Origin: Bdellovibrionales bacterium
GTDB taxonomy: Bacteria; Bdellovibrionota; Bdellovibrionia; Bdellovibrionales; UBA1609
Reading direction: 5' to 3'
Assembly (NCBI GenBank): GCA_050246815.1
Contig: JBFWVI010000001.1
Location: 56,127 to 120,126, forward strand
DNA: 64,000 bases
The position numbers were made by a program, and so were the translations under genes. Below the pieces are notes generated by a model. It did not search any database. It was given only the letters and a program-made list of their open reading frames with translations, and had not been told where the DNA came from. The stretch's first letter is position 1. Each line of letters opens with the position of its first letter. Positions 47,694 through 56,814 of this stretch are shown in pieces.

Positions 47694-49092
47694 AACCGTG
47701 AACGTAAAAGGCGAAGAAAGGGCCGTGCGCCCATTGAAACTGTTTGGTACCGATGGCATTCGCGGGACAGCCAACAAGTTTCCCATCACTCCCGATGTGG
47801 TCATGAAGGTCGGTCAAGCCATTGGCTATTGGTTGCGCCATCAACCCAATCGCAAGGCCGATCGCCGCATGGTTTTGATCGGTAAGGACACTCGTCTTTC
47901 GGGTTATATGGTTGAGCAGGCCCTGGCGTCTGGATTGAATTCGATGGGTGTGCACGTGCAGTTGACGGGGCCACTGCCAACTCCTGGGATTGGTTTTTTA
48001 GCGCGCAATATGCGAGCCGATGCGGGTATCATCATCTCGGCATCGCACAATCCTTTTTATGACAATGGCATCAAGATCTTTGGAGCCGATGGCTTTAAAA
48101 TTGACGAGTCCGTGGAGCGTGAAATTGAACGTTTGGTGGCGATGGTCGACATGAATCTGCATTTGGCCGATGCCGACACTGTTGGGCGCACTCGTCGTAT
48201 CGACGATGCCACGGGCCGCTACATCGTTTACGTGAAAAATTCTTTTCCGATCGATTTGTCACTTGAGGGCTTGCGCATAGTTTTGGACTGCGCCAATGGG
48301 GCGGCTTACAAGGCCGCTCCGGCTATCTTTGAAGAGCTTGGCGCCGAGATGATCGTCTTGGGTGATAACCCCGATGGTTACAACATCAATGACAAGGCGG
48401 GAGCGCTTTACCCCCAGGCGGCCTGCGAAGCAGTGGTCAAATATCGGGCGGATGTGGGCATCACGATTGACGGTGATGCTGACCGGGTGATCATGGTCGA
48501 CGAAAAAGGCGAAGTTGTGAATGGTGACCATATTTTGGCGGTTTGCGCGATTCACTTGGCCAAAAAGAAGTTGCTGCCCAAAAACACGGTCGTGGCGACT
48601 CAAATGAGCAATGTGGGTCTGGATCAAGTGCTGCGAACACACGGGGTCACTGTGGTGCGAACCGATGTGGGCGATAAACACGTGGTCGAAGAGATGCGCA
48701 AGGGCGGTTTTGGTCTTGGCGGTGAGCAATCAGGTCATATCATTCACCTTGAGCACAGCACGACGGGTGACGGGTGTGTTGCGGCCTTAAACGTTTTGTC
48801 GGTTATGCAGCGCGAGAACAAACGCCTCAGTGAACTTAAGAATATTATGCGCGAAATGCCGCAGGTGCTGATCAACGCCCGAGTCAGCGTGCGCCGCGAT
48901 CTGAATCAGATACCAGGCTACCAAGAGCTTATTGATGGCTTAACCCGGGCTTTGGGCGACGATGGGCGAATTTATATTCGGTTTTCGGGCACTGAGCCCG
49001 TCGTTCGAGTGCTGGTGGAAGGTCCAGATAAAAAGGTCATTTCAAAAATGGCGGAAGAAATTGCCTCATTTTTACAATCCGAGCTGACTTGA
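47680..49092 (+). CDS. glmM: Phosphoglucosamine mutase
   Basis: LFGTDGIRG, ISASHNP, DGDADR, GGEQSGH, RFSGTEP. Confidence 0.97.
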   Translation: MSKSKTVNVKGEERAVRPLKLFGTDGIRGTANKFPITPDVVMKVGQAIGYWLRHQPNRKADRRMVLIGKDTRLSGYMVEQALASGLNSMGVHVQLTGPLPTPGIGFLARNMRADAGIIISASHNPFYDNGIKIFGADGFKIDESVEREIERLVAMVDMNLHLADADTVGRTRRIDDATGRYIVYVKNSFPIDLSLEGLRIVLDCANGAAYKAAPAIFEELGAEMIVLGDNPDGYNINDKAGALYPQAACEAVVKYRADVGITIDGDADRVIMVDEKGEVVNGDHILAVCAIHLAKKKLLPKNTVVATQMSNVGLDQVLRTHGVTVVRTDVGDKHVVEEMRKGGFGLGGEQSGHIIHLEHSTTGDGCVAALNVLSVMQRENKRLSELKNIMREMPQVLINARVSVRRDLNQIPGYQELIDGLTRALGDDGRIYIRFSGTEPVVRVLVEGPDKKVISKMAEEIASFLQSELT

Positions 49093-49093
49093 T

Positions 49094-50602
49094 ATGCGAT
49101 TGAGCACTGTTGGCCAAGCCCGTGAAATCGAAGACTTGTCGCAAAAGGCCTACGGTTTGAATGGCGAAGCGCTAATGGAAGCGGCGGGCGCGGTGGCGGC
49201 CCGTGAAATCGATCAAGCGTTTTTCCCGGAGTTGGCGCGAGGGATGACGGCCGTCGTCTGTGGCAGCGGCAACAACGGCGGTGATGGTTTGGTGGTGGCG
49301 CGCCATCTTCATTCGGCAGGTCATCGCGATCTGATTGTCTTCACGATCGGCCAAAACCCCACCGAGCTGTTTGAGCTACAGATAGACCGGGTGAAACGAC
49401 AAGGCATTCGTGTTGTGAACTTAAATGAAACTCCGGATAAAATGGAGCAACTGCGCTCAAGCGCTTTGATTGTCGATGCAATTTTTGGCATCGGCCTTTC
49501 ACGCCCTTTGGAAGGCGAATACGTCCGATTAGTCGATGTGATGAACTCGGCCAAAAAACCCATCGCCGCACTGGATATTCCAAGCGGTTTGGATGGTGAC
49601 ACCGGGCGCGCCGAAGGCAGCGTGGTGCAGGCGGCGATGACCTTTACCTTCGGTTTGGCTAAGCCCGGCTTTTTTGTAGGTGATGGCCCTCAGCACGTCG
49701 GAAAGCTGAAGGTTTTGCCGATCGGCTTTCCTTATGAAGCTTTAAGAGGAGTCGCCACGAGTCACTTTTTGTTCACTGAAAAATTGGCCCGGCGCTATTT
49801 ACCCAAACGTCAAGACACCAGCAATAAATCAGACCATGGTCATTTGCTGTTGTTGGCAGGGCGTGAAGGAATGTGGGGCGCGGGGATTTTGGCGGCCGGC
49901 AGCGCATACCGCATGGGCGCAGGTTATGTGACATGGGCCAGCCATGTATCACCGGGTTTTCAAATCGCCGAACTACCCGAGATGCTGACCGCAGTATGGA
50001 ACGGGCGTGCCACTTGGGAGTCTCGCAAGGCCACGGCGGTGGCGATTGGGCCGGGACTTGGCGTGGGTCAGGGCACCGCCGATATGATCAATGAACTGAA
50101 GAGCCATTTTCTGGGGCCCGTGGTTCTAGACGCAGACGCCATCAGCACCTGCGTGCAATATAATTTATTTCCACTGCCGAAACATTGGCTATTGACCCCA
50201 CATATGGCCGAACTTGCACGGGTCTTAAAAATGGAAGTGCGCGATCTGGAGCGGGACCGATTCGCCGCCGCCTTAAAGGGTGCCGAAGCGTCGGGTTGTC
50301 ATGTCTTATTGAAGGGCTATCGCTCGGTCTTGGCGTTTGAACAACGCTGCATGGTGATTCACGCCGGCAATTCGGCGTTGGCGAAGGCCGGCACAGGTGA
50401 TGTTTTGACCGGCATGATTGGGGCGCTCTTGGCTCAAGGTATGGACACTTTGCAGGGCGCCGCTACCGCCGCTTATATCCACGGTCGCATGGCAGACGAA
50501 TGGGTGCGTTTAGGCAATGACCGGCGTGCGCTTTCGGCCAGTGACATACGTGAACACTTGCCCCAGCTTTTGACCCGCATCGCTGGCGGTGCGATCTTGT
50601 GA
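49094..50602 (+). CDS. nnr: Bifunctional NAD(P)H-hydrate epimerase/dehydratase
   Basis: LMEAAG, GSGNNGGDG, DAIFGIG, DIPSG, IGPGLG, LTPHMAE, AGTGDVLTG. Confidence 0.95.
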   Translation: MRLSTVGQAREIEDLSQKAYGLNGEALMEAAGAVAAREIDQAFFPELARGMTAVVCGSGNNGGDGLVVARHLHSAGHRDLIVFTIGQNPTELFELQIDRVKRQGIRVVNLNETPDKMEQLRSSALIVDAIFGIGLSRPLEGEYVRLVDVMNSAKKPIAALDIPSGLDGDTGRAEGSVVQAAMTFTFGLAKPGFFVGDGPQHVGKLKVLPIGFPYEALRGVATSHFLFTEKLARRYLPKRQDTSNKSDHGHLLLLAGREGMWGAGILAAGSAYRMGAGYVTWASHVSPGFQIAELPEMLTAVWNGRATWESRKATAVAIGPGLGVGQGTADMINELKSHFLGPVVLDADAISTCVQYNLFPLPKHWLLTPHMAELARVLKMEVRDLERDRFAAALKGAEASGCHVLLKGYRSVLAFEQRCMVIHAGNSALAKAGTGDVLTGMIGALLAQGMDTLQGAATAAYIHGRMADEWVRLGNDRRALSASDIREHLPQLLTRIAGGAIL

Positions 50603-51027
50603 ACCAAGAAGTTCAAATCAAATCGATTGCGCAATTGGAAGCATTGGCGCAGAAAGTTGCCTTGCGACTTGAGCGCAAACAAATGTTGCTAATTTCGGGA
50701 ACTCTTGGCGCGGGTAAGACGACTTTTGTGCGGGCCATGGCCAAGGCTTTGGGAGCGCCTGACGCGTCGTCACCGACCTACGCGATTCACCAGCGCTACG
50801 AAGGCACAAAACGAACCATCGATCATGTGGACTTGTACCGCCTTGAAGATGCCCATGATCTTGAAAGCAGCGGCTTTTGGGATCTGTTCAACCGCGAAGA
50901 GGGGCTTGTGGTCGTGGAATGGGCCGACCGCCTGGACGAATCCGCTTGGCCGCGCGATTGGGCGTGCTTGAAGCTGCATTTTTCATTTTCAGAATCAAGC
51001 GGTCGTCGCGTTGTGCTAGCTGATTAG
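50599..51027 (+). CDS. tsaE: tRNA threonylcarbamoyladenosine biosynthesis ATPase TsaE
   Basis: GTLGAGKTTF, SSPTY, HVDLYRL, VVEWA. Confidence 0.95.
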   Translation: MNQEVQIKSIAQLEALAQKVALRLERKQMLLISGTLGAGKTTFVRAMAKALGAPDASSPTYAIHQRYEGTKRTIDHVDLYRLEDAHDLESSGFWDLFNREEGLVVVEWADRLDESAWPRDWACLKLHFSFSESSGRRVVLAD

Positions 51028-52541
51028 GCAGCGGCCTGTTTTTTACCAAGGTTGGTTAAAATGGTGTTGCCTGTTTTTTCTGCGAAACGCAGCACTTGAT
51101 CGAGTTGTGCGGGCTTATCGCCCGCGCACATCAAAACGGCCACCATGTGACCTCCGCTGGCCAATGGGATTGCGGTGACGTGAGGCGGAGTTTGGCGCAA
51201 CCCCCAGTTTTTAAAGAAACCGGTGTTGATCGGACTTTCAACCACGTGGCCGTGATAGGGCATGCGGGTGCGCACCACGATGCGGAATAGGCTCGGTTGA
51301 TTGATGTCGATCGATTGAGTGGCCTCTGAGTTGGAAGGTTTGATCGAAGCATCCCAGCAGTGGGCGTTCAACTGATCGCCGGAAACTAAAAACAACCAGG
51401 AATATTTAAAATGCTGTTTGAGCTGTTGAAAACCCCACGCGATAGTTTCAAGCTCGCTGCTGCTGGCGGTTAAAGTTTTCGGTGCAATACGGTCCGAGTC
51501 GATCGAGCCATGACCAGAGGACGCAGGGGCTGGTGTTGAAACAGGAACCGCTAAGTTTGGCAAGGACGCTGTCACGGGTTTTGGTGCGGGTGTGTTGATC
51601 ACAGGCGGTGCGATGGGTTTGGGTGCTAAACCTTCCGGAGCTAGGGACAGTTTTTCAGTTGGGGTGGCCATTTTTGCGACGATGCCGGCGGGCTGATCAT
51701 CCAGGGTTTTCAAGTCGCCACCCAGATTCAGTTTGAATCCGGCCGGCGCTTCAAGTCCAATAGGTGCTTCGACATTTTCCGTTTTGTCTAAATTTAAATG
51801 TTTGTCGTCATCTAACTTTAAGTTGAGTGCGAGCCCTTCGGGCATCTCGTCTTGTTCAGAGAGGGAAGGAGGCGGCGGAGGTGCTTGAATAACAGGAGCC
51901 GCGACTTCTTCAGCCACAATCGTCGGTTGTGGCATCAAATTCAGGGGTGTGTCTTTTTGGGTAACAGACGTGTTGATCAGAGGCGAAGTGCCGGTTTGTT
52001 TTTTGGCTTGCGGAATCGGTGGTGGCACTGGGGGCGGCGGAGTTGCGGCCTTGATGACGACACCGGGTTTGGTCACGATGCCAGGCTTGGTCACCGATGT
52101 GACAGATTTCACGTTGGTGATGGATTGACTCACCCGTGTCGACTCGGAGTTCAAGCGCTCCCAGTGCATGCGCAAATCGCGGGTTGTGGCGAGCACATAT
52201 TGCACAGGGAAGCTCCACTGGATGTCGTCGGGGGGTTCGACGCAAGCGACGAATACGGTGCCGTCCCACTCTTCGAGGGGCAGCATGTGGGGACTCCAGT
52301 TGGCGACGGATTGAATTTTTTGCCACAGCTCACGGTTTGCAGATTGCGAGAAGTATCCTTCGGTCAGCATCGCAAGGCCGTAGTGGTTCATGGCCCAGTC
52401 ATAATAATCGCTTGAACGCAAACGTCCGCGCTCTAAACACCAGAATGTTAAATTCTCGTGCTTGGGGGCTTCTTGCACCCAAGAGCTAAATGTATTTTGA
52501 TCGATGCCTAGGGCTTCGACCCATGCTTTAAGTACTTTCAT
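51024..52541 (-). CDS. Hypothetical protein: T2SSE_N/MshEN-like N-terminus, Pro-rich linker, GAF-like C-terminus
   Basis: HYGL..LPLEEWDGTVFVACVEP..YVLA resembles T2SSE_N; PSLFRIVV..PYHG..VTAIPL..VAVLMC resembles GAF. Confidence 0.55.
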   Translation of the reverse strand: MKVLKAWVEALGIDQNTFSSWVQEAPKHENLTFWCLERGRLRSSDYYDWAMNHYGLAMLTEGYFSQSANRELWQKIQSVANWSPHMLPLEEWDGTVFVACVEPPDDIQWSFPVQYVLATTRDLRMHWERLNSESTRVSQSITNVKSVTSVTKPGIVTKPGVVIKAATPPPPVPPPIPQAKKQTGTSPLINTSVTQKDTPLNLMPQPTIVAEEVAAPVIQAPPPPPSLSEQDEMPEGLALNLKLDDDKHLNLDKTENVEAPIGLEAPAGFKLNLGGDLKTLDDQPAGIVAKMATPTEKLSLAPEGLAPKPIAPPVINTPAPKPVTASLPNLAVPVSTPAPASSGHGSIDSDRIAPKTLTASSSELETIAWGFQQLKQHFKYSWLFLVSGDQLNAHCWDASIKPSNSEATQSIDINQPSLFRIVVRTRMPYHGHVVESPINTGFFKNWGLRQTPPHVTAIPLASGGHMVAVLMCAGDKPAQLDQVLRFAEKTGNTILTNLGKKQAAA

Positions 52542-52664
52542 CTCATGAATTTTTCGGCTTTTTTTCGCTCTTGCTTGATTTAAACCAGACAATCGACCAG
52601 GTCCAAATTCTTGCGGTCGCTTTCATTGAACTTTTTGCCCAGAAATATAAAAATAAGAGCCAAC

Positions 52665-54878
52665 GTGAGACGTTCGAAATTACAGAAACTTAATACAACC
52701 TGGACTTTAGTCGTCGCACTGCTCGTCTTGTGTCTTCACGTTCACGCCCAAGATGACGGGGCGAAAACTGAACCGATCCCCAAATTGCCGCAGATCACAA
52801 CCGAATTGCCGCCCGAAGTCGAGTCCGACGAACCTGCGATTTTTCAGCAGGAAGGCCTCGCGCCCAAACCCAAAATGTTGGAGGTTCCAAAGGTCGAAGA
52901 GCAAACTGCGGTTTTGATGGAGAAAGACAAACCCGACTACATCCCATTGTTCTTTGATCCGGAGAAAAACGGTGTGATTTATGCACACCAAGAAATCGAA
53001 TATGATTTGACCAACCCTTTGATTTTGCGAGTGGGCCCCTTGGCGGTGACCGCTGCCGGTGTGGTGATGCGAATGTCGCGTGAAACCGGGGAATTTTTTG
53101 AATTTGATTTTGGACTGGATTTAAAAAAGCGCTACGCCAATATGTACATGGTCAGTTTTCAGTGGCCTGTTGAGCTGGTGCCTGACGGCGTGATTGAGCT
53201 GTTCAGTGACAGCGGCCAGGTGCTGTGGCGTCGCGGAGCCAACGAACAGCAAGTGACAGAATGGCGTAAGTTCATCAGCGTCAATAAGCCGCCACCCGAA
53301 GCTGCCCCAGAGAAGGGTGAAGAGCGTGGTGAAGTGAATAAATCGCGTGGTGGAGACAAACTTCGCGTGGGAGCGCGTCGCTTGCAGATCACCGGCCACG
53401 ATCAAAGTAGTTTCGGTTTGTTCGGCCGCGAAATATTTGAAATACCGGTCTGGAAAATCACCGAGCCATTTCGATTTTGTATCACCAAAGATGCACCCGA
53501 AGGCCGCATAGCGCTTTGCTCAAAGCGCTATCGCTTCAAACGTAAGGGCGGACGATATTGGGTGGTCGCCGAGAGCAAAATCGTATTGCCCAAGGTAATG
53601 GTCAACGACAAGCCGGTGACTTTAAAGGGTGCGGCCGTGTTCATCGACGACAAAAAACCGATCAAGTTTGCGGCCCTGATGGGCAATGGCACTTATTTCG
53701 AATTTGTGTCTTTTCCCAAGCGCATCACCATTGTCGACATGGTCTTAAATGATGAGAACGACCAAATCGAAGTCATCGGCTACGGGCCGCCGCCGCTGGG
53801 GCAAGTGGCACGTATCGAACGCAAGGCACCTGATTATTGGGACTTTTTGAACTTCAAAGCCACGATTGGTGATTTTAGACAATTTTGGAAGGCGAGCTAT
53901 CCAGCGCAAGGAGGAAATCTTTACTTGCGGGGTTATGGTGGCGCTCCCTTTAAGCAACCCTTTGTCTATGAGCGCTTGCCCAAGCGTTCCATTCGCCCGC
54001 GTATTCATATCAAGTCACCAAAATCGACTTATGCACACACCACCACTTTGCGTGGCGAAACCACCGCACCTGTCAAAGTCAGCTCCAAAGAGCAGGGTGC
54101 CAAGAATGTGACACCCACGGAGTTCAAGTGGGAATTTTTGGCGCGCCGCCGTGGCGAGATGAACACGGCTCGCTTGGAGGTAAAGGATGGAGAGCACACT
54201 TTTCAAGCCTTCCACGAAATCTACAAAGGGTTTCCGCGCGAAATCAGCACACGCATGACGGGTGTTTTGACCAACAATCTTGAAATCGTTTTGTTGGGCG
54301 AATTGGCTTTTCAGTGGTGGTTTGAACGCCTGCTGTGGTGGGAGAACCAAAAATTCAGTCATCAACGATGGGGCGTGAACGCCAAATACTTCCAGTCGTT
54401 AGCCGCCGTGGGCGGCAGTGAAACTGGACAAAGTTTGATTCGTCTTCAGGTCGGCACTTTTGATTTGAAGTATCGTTTGACTCCGGGCATCTGGGGTCGT
54501 GATCCCACTTTGGGATTAAGTCTGAACACCCAATATGTTCGCATCGAAGACTATGTGGCGCAGATGGGCGGGGTGGGAGCGTTTTGGGCCCGTTCCATGC
54601 CCAGCTTCGTCGATCGCATTTTCAACATCGTGCCGTTTATGCGTTATCCAAAGTGGGTCGACGTCGAAGGTATCTTGTATGTGGTGCCCATGTCGCCTCG
54701 CAATCAGTTGGGGGTGAATACCTCTGTGAACTTTCATGGCAAAGTCATGTGGAGCCAGCGCTTCTTCGGTGAAGCCGGATTTGGTTTAAAACTGTTTCAA
54801 TTTAATGATCTCGAGCAACGCAAATCGGTTGGTCTAGCTGTGGCCTACGGCACCATTGGTTTGGGATACAATTTCTAG
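52665..54878 (+). CDS. Large exported protein, probable C-terminal outer-membrane beta-barrel
   Basis: Signal peptide ending HVHA; aromatic amphipathic strands; terminal GLGYNF signature. Confidence 0.65.
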   Translation: MRRSKLQKLNTTWTLVVALLVLCLHVHAQDDGAKTEPIPKLPQITTELPPEVESDEPAIFQQEGLAPKPKMLEVPKVEEQTAVLMEKDKPDYIPLFFDPEKNGVIYAHQEIEYDLTNPLILRVGPLAVTAAGVVMRMSRETGEFFEFDFGLDLKKRYANMYMVSFQWPVELVPDGVIELFSDSGQVLWRRGANEQQVTEWRKFISVNKPPPEAAPEKGEERGEVNKSRGGDKLRVGARRLQITGHDQSSFGLFGREIFEIPVWKITEPFRFCITKDAPEGRIALCSKRYRFKRKGGRYWVVAESKIVLPKVMVNDKPVTLKGAAVFIDDKKPIKFAALMGNGTYFEFVSFPKRITIVDMVLNDENDQIEVIGYGPPPLGQVARIERKAPDYWDFLNFKATIGDFRQFWKASYPAQGGNLYLRGYGGAPFKQPFVYERLPKRSIRPRIHIKSPKSTYAHTTTLRGETTAPVKVSSKEQGAKNVTPTEFKWEFLARRRGEMNTARLEVKDGEHTFQAFHEIYKGFPREISTRMTGVLTNNLEIVLLGELAFQWWFERLLWWENQKFSHQRWGVNAKYFQSLAAVGGSETGQSLIRLQVGTFDLKYRLTPGIWGRDPTLGLSLNTQYVRIEDYVAQMGGVGAFWARSMPSFVDRIFNIVPFMRYPKWVDVEGILYVVPMSPRNQLGVNTSVNFHGKVMWSQRFFGEAGFGLKLFQFNDLEQRKSVGLAVAYGTIGLGYNF

Positions 54879-54954
54879 GTCCAAACGCAAAGCATTAGGA
54901 CTCTTCGAATGGCGAGTCTCGTCCGAAAGACTTTAGGAGAGGCTCCTTTAATCA

Positions 54955-56616
54955 GTGCGCCTTTCAAGCGAGGTCCAGTTGAACATCAAACGTATGGTTC
55001 AAGGCTTAAGCACGGTGACGGCGTTGATCTTTGTGACTGTGGCCTGCAGTGACGTGAATTTAGTGGCGCGTTTGGATCCGCCAAACTCAAATGGGCAAAG
55101 TAAGGGTGAGTTTTGTATTGCGGAGCCGACCGAGGTGAAACCAGTCACAAAAGTTTTATTTATCGTCGACAAGTCCTACTCAAACACTTTGGTCATCTTA
55201 CCCGACGGCGGGACTTTGCCCGGCACGGATCCTGGCGGAAGTTTACGCGGTGGCGCGATTGATCGGTTGGTGCAGAACCATGCTCAAGACAATTGGTTTC
55301 AATACAGTTTGGTGGCTTTTTTAGATTACGAGGCCATTGCTTACATCAACGATCCGCAAACAAGGCGGCCCGGATTTTCTGCAAATATCCAAGATGCCTT
55401 CAATGCCACGCAAAGGCTAAGAAATGACGACGACTATAGCGAAACACCATTTATCGAAGCCCTGCAAAAAGGACTTGAGGTGGTTCGCAATGATCGGGAG
55501 AGCCATAAAGATGAGCGTGCCAACTACGTGGTGATGTTCTTGTCGGATGGCATACCCACTGTCGGACAATCCGATAAGGTGATCTTTGATTTAGTGAAGC
55601 AGATAAAGGATGTGGGTGGTAACCTGGTTTTCAACTCGGCTTTTTATGGCGATTACGGCGACTACACTCAAAACGCCAAAGATCGGCTGGCCGAGATGGC
55701 TCGTATCGGCGGCGGAAAATTCATCGACTTCAACAAAACCACAAATTGGGACTTAGAAGACTTTTTTCAAAAACCCACGTTTGAACCGTGGTTTTTATCG
55801 CGCTTTATGGTTTACAATCTAACGGCAGGCTATTGCTTGGATGGCAGCATCGATACAGATTCCGACATGGATGGTATGTGTGACAAAGACGAGTACTCGA
55901 TGTCAGCCCATGGCTTCAGTTCACAAAATCGGTTCAGCTTCGGTGATGGTTACGGCGACTACTTTCACTGGCGGCGCTTCAAGTATCGCGAAAGTTTGCC
56001 TCCTTGCAATGATCGCAGCGACGAAGACCACGATCTGTTAACCGCATGCGAAGAACGTTATGTACGCAACGAAAGACCGTTTCCGGATTTCGGCAAGACG
56101 GGCGACCCAAAACAGTACGACTCCGATCGTGATGGGATGCTGGACGGCATCGAAACCTTCGTCTTCTTTACGCGCAGCATGGCCTTCGCTTTGGATGGTA
56201 CCAACCTGACCATTTCATTCGATGGCGAGGAACCCTCGGATTATCAAATCACCCAACATCGAAATCCTTTGGTCGTCGACAAAGGAGCGCTCAGCTATGA
56301 TTCGACAGTGGATCCTTTGATTGGCACCAGTCTGGATTGCTATTCGCACAAACAACAAAAGCTGCCGCTTTACCCCACTTTGGAAGTCAAGGCGGGCAAT
56401 ACGCTGCCTGGCCTTGAACATGGCCCGCAAGAAAATCCGGTTTTAATTTATTACATTCAAAAGCCACAGAAAACGCCACGAGACGACGGGGTTTTACGCT
56501 ACAGCATCCAAGTTTTGAAAAATGATCCGATCCTGCGCAACGTCAATCAGAATGCGGGTCTGCTCAAGATCTCAGACAAAGTGTTCAGCACCTATGCGCC
56601 TCCCTTAAGACAATAG
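54955..56616 (+). CDS. VWA lipoprotein with Ca-binding DxDxDG repeats (MtsD-like architecture)
   Basis: Lipobox TVAC; KVLFIVDKSYSN; FLSDGIP; DTDSDMDGMCD, DEDHDLL and DSDRDGMLD. Confidence 0.75.
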   Translation: MRLSSEVQLNIKRMVQGLSTVTALIFVTVACSDVNLVARLDPPNSNGQSKGEFCIAEPTEVKPVTKVLFIVDKSYSNTLVILPDGGTLPGTDPGGSLRGGAIDRLVQNHAQDNWFQYSLVAFLDYEAIAYINDPQTRRPGFSANIQDAFNATQRLRNDDDYSETPFIEALQKGLEVVRNDRESHKDERANYVVMFLSDGIPTVGQSDKVIFDLVKQIKDVGGNLVFNSAFYGDYGDYTQNAKDRLAEMARIGGGKFIDFNKTTNWDLEDFFQKPTFEPWFLSRFMVYNLTAGYCLDGSIDTDSDMDGMCDKDEYSMSAHGFSSQNRFSFGDGYGDYFHWRRFKYRESLPPCNDRSDEDHDLLTACEERYVRNERPFPDFGKTGDPKQYDSDRDGMLDGIETFVFFTRSMAFALDGTNLTISFDGEEPSDYQITQHRNPLVVDKGALSYDSTVDPLIGTSLDCYSHKQQKLPLYPTLEVKAGNTLPGLEHGPQENPVLIYYIQKPQKTPRDDGVLRYSIQVLKNDPILRNVNQNAGLLKISDKVFSTYAPPLRQ

Positions 56617-56640
56617 TGCGCCAAGATCTACAATTATAAC

Positions 56641-56802
56641 TTTCGAGCCCTACGTGCAAAGTTTCCGACTGCTGAAATTCGCGGGTAAGTAGTTGCTTAA
56701 CGCGATCTTGTCTACACTTAAATAAACTGCGGAAGCCGAATTTCACCAGCTGGAAACTTCGGTTGAGGGGCATGGCGAATGAAAATACCCATTTGCTTTT
56801 TT
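56641..56802 (+). ncRNA. Candidate rod-like structured RNA
   Basis: 56659-56681 pairs with 56737-56759 (23 positions, 2 mismatches, one G-U); TACAAT at 56629-56634; terminator-like hairpin plus T6 at the 3' end. Confidence 0.45.
56775..56802 (+). terminator. Possible intrinsic terminator
   Basis: GCGAATG (56775-56781) pairs with CATTTGC (56790-56796), followed by TTTTTT. Confidence 0.5.
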
Positions 56803-56814
56803 AAGAGCTGGGAC

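Noticed and set aside
56650..56765. c-di-GMP-I riboswitch suggested by GCAAA preceding a stem
   Set aside because: No GAAA-tetraloop hairpin or receptor, and no downstream gene on that strand.
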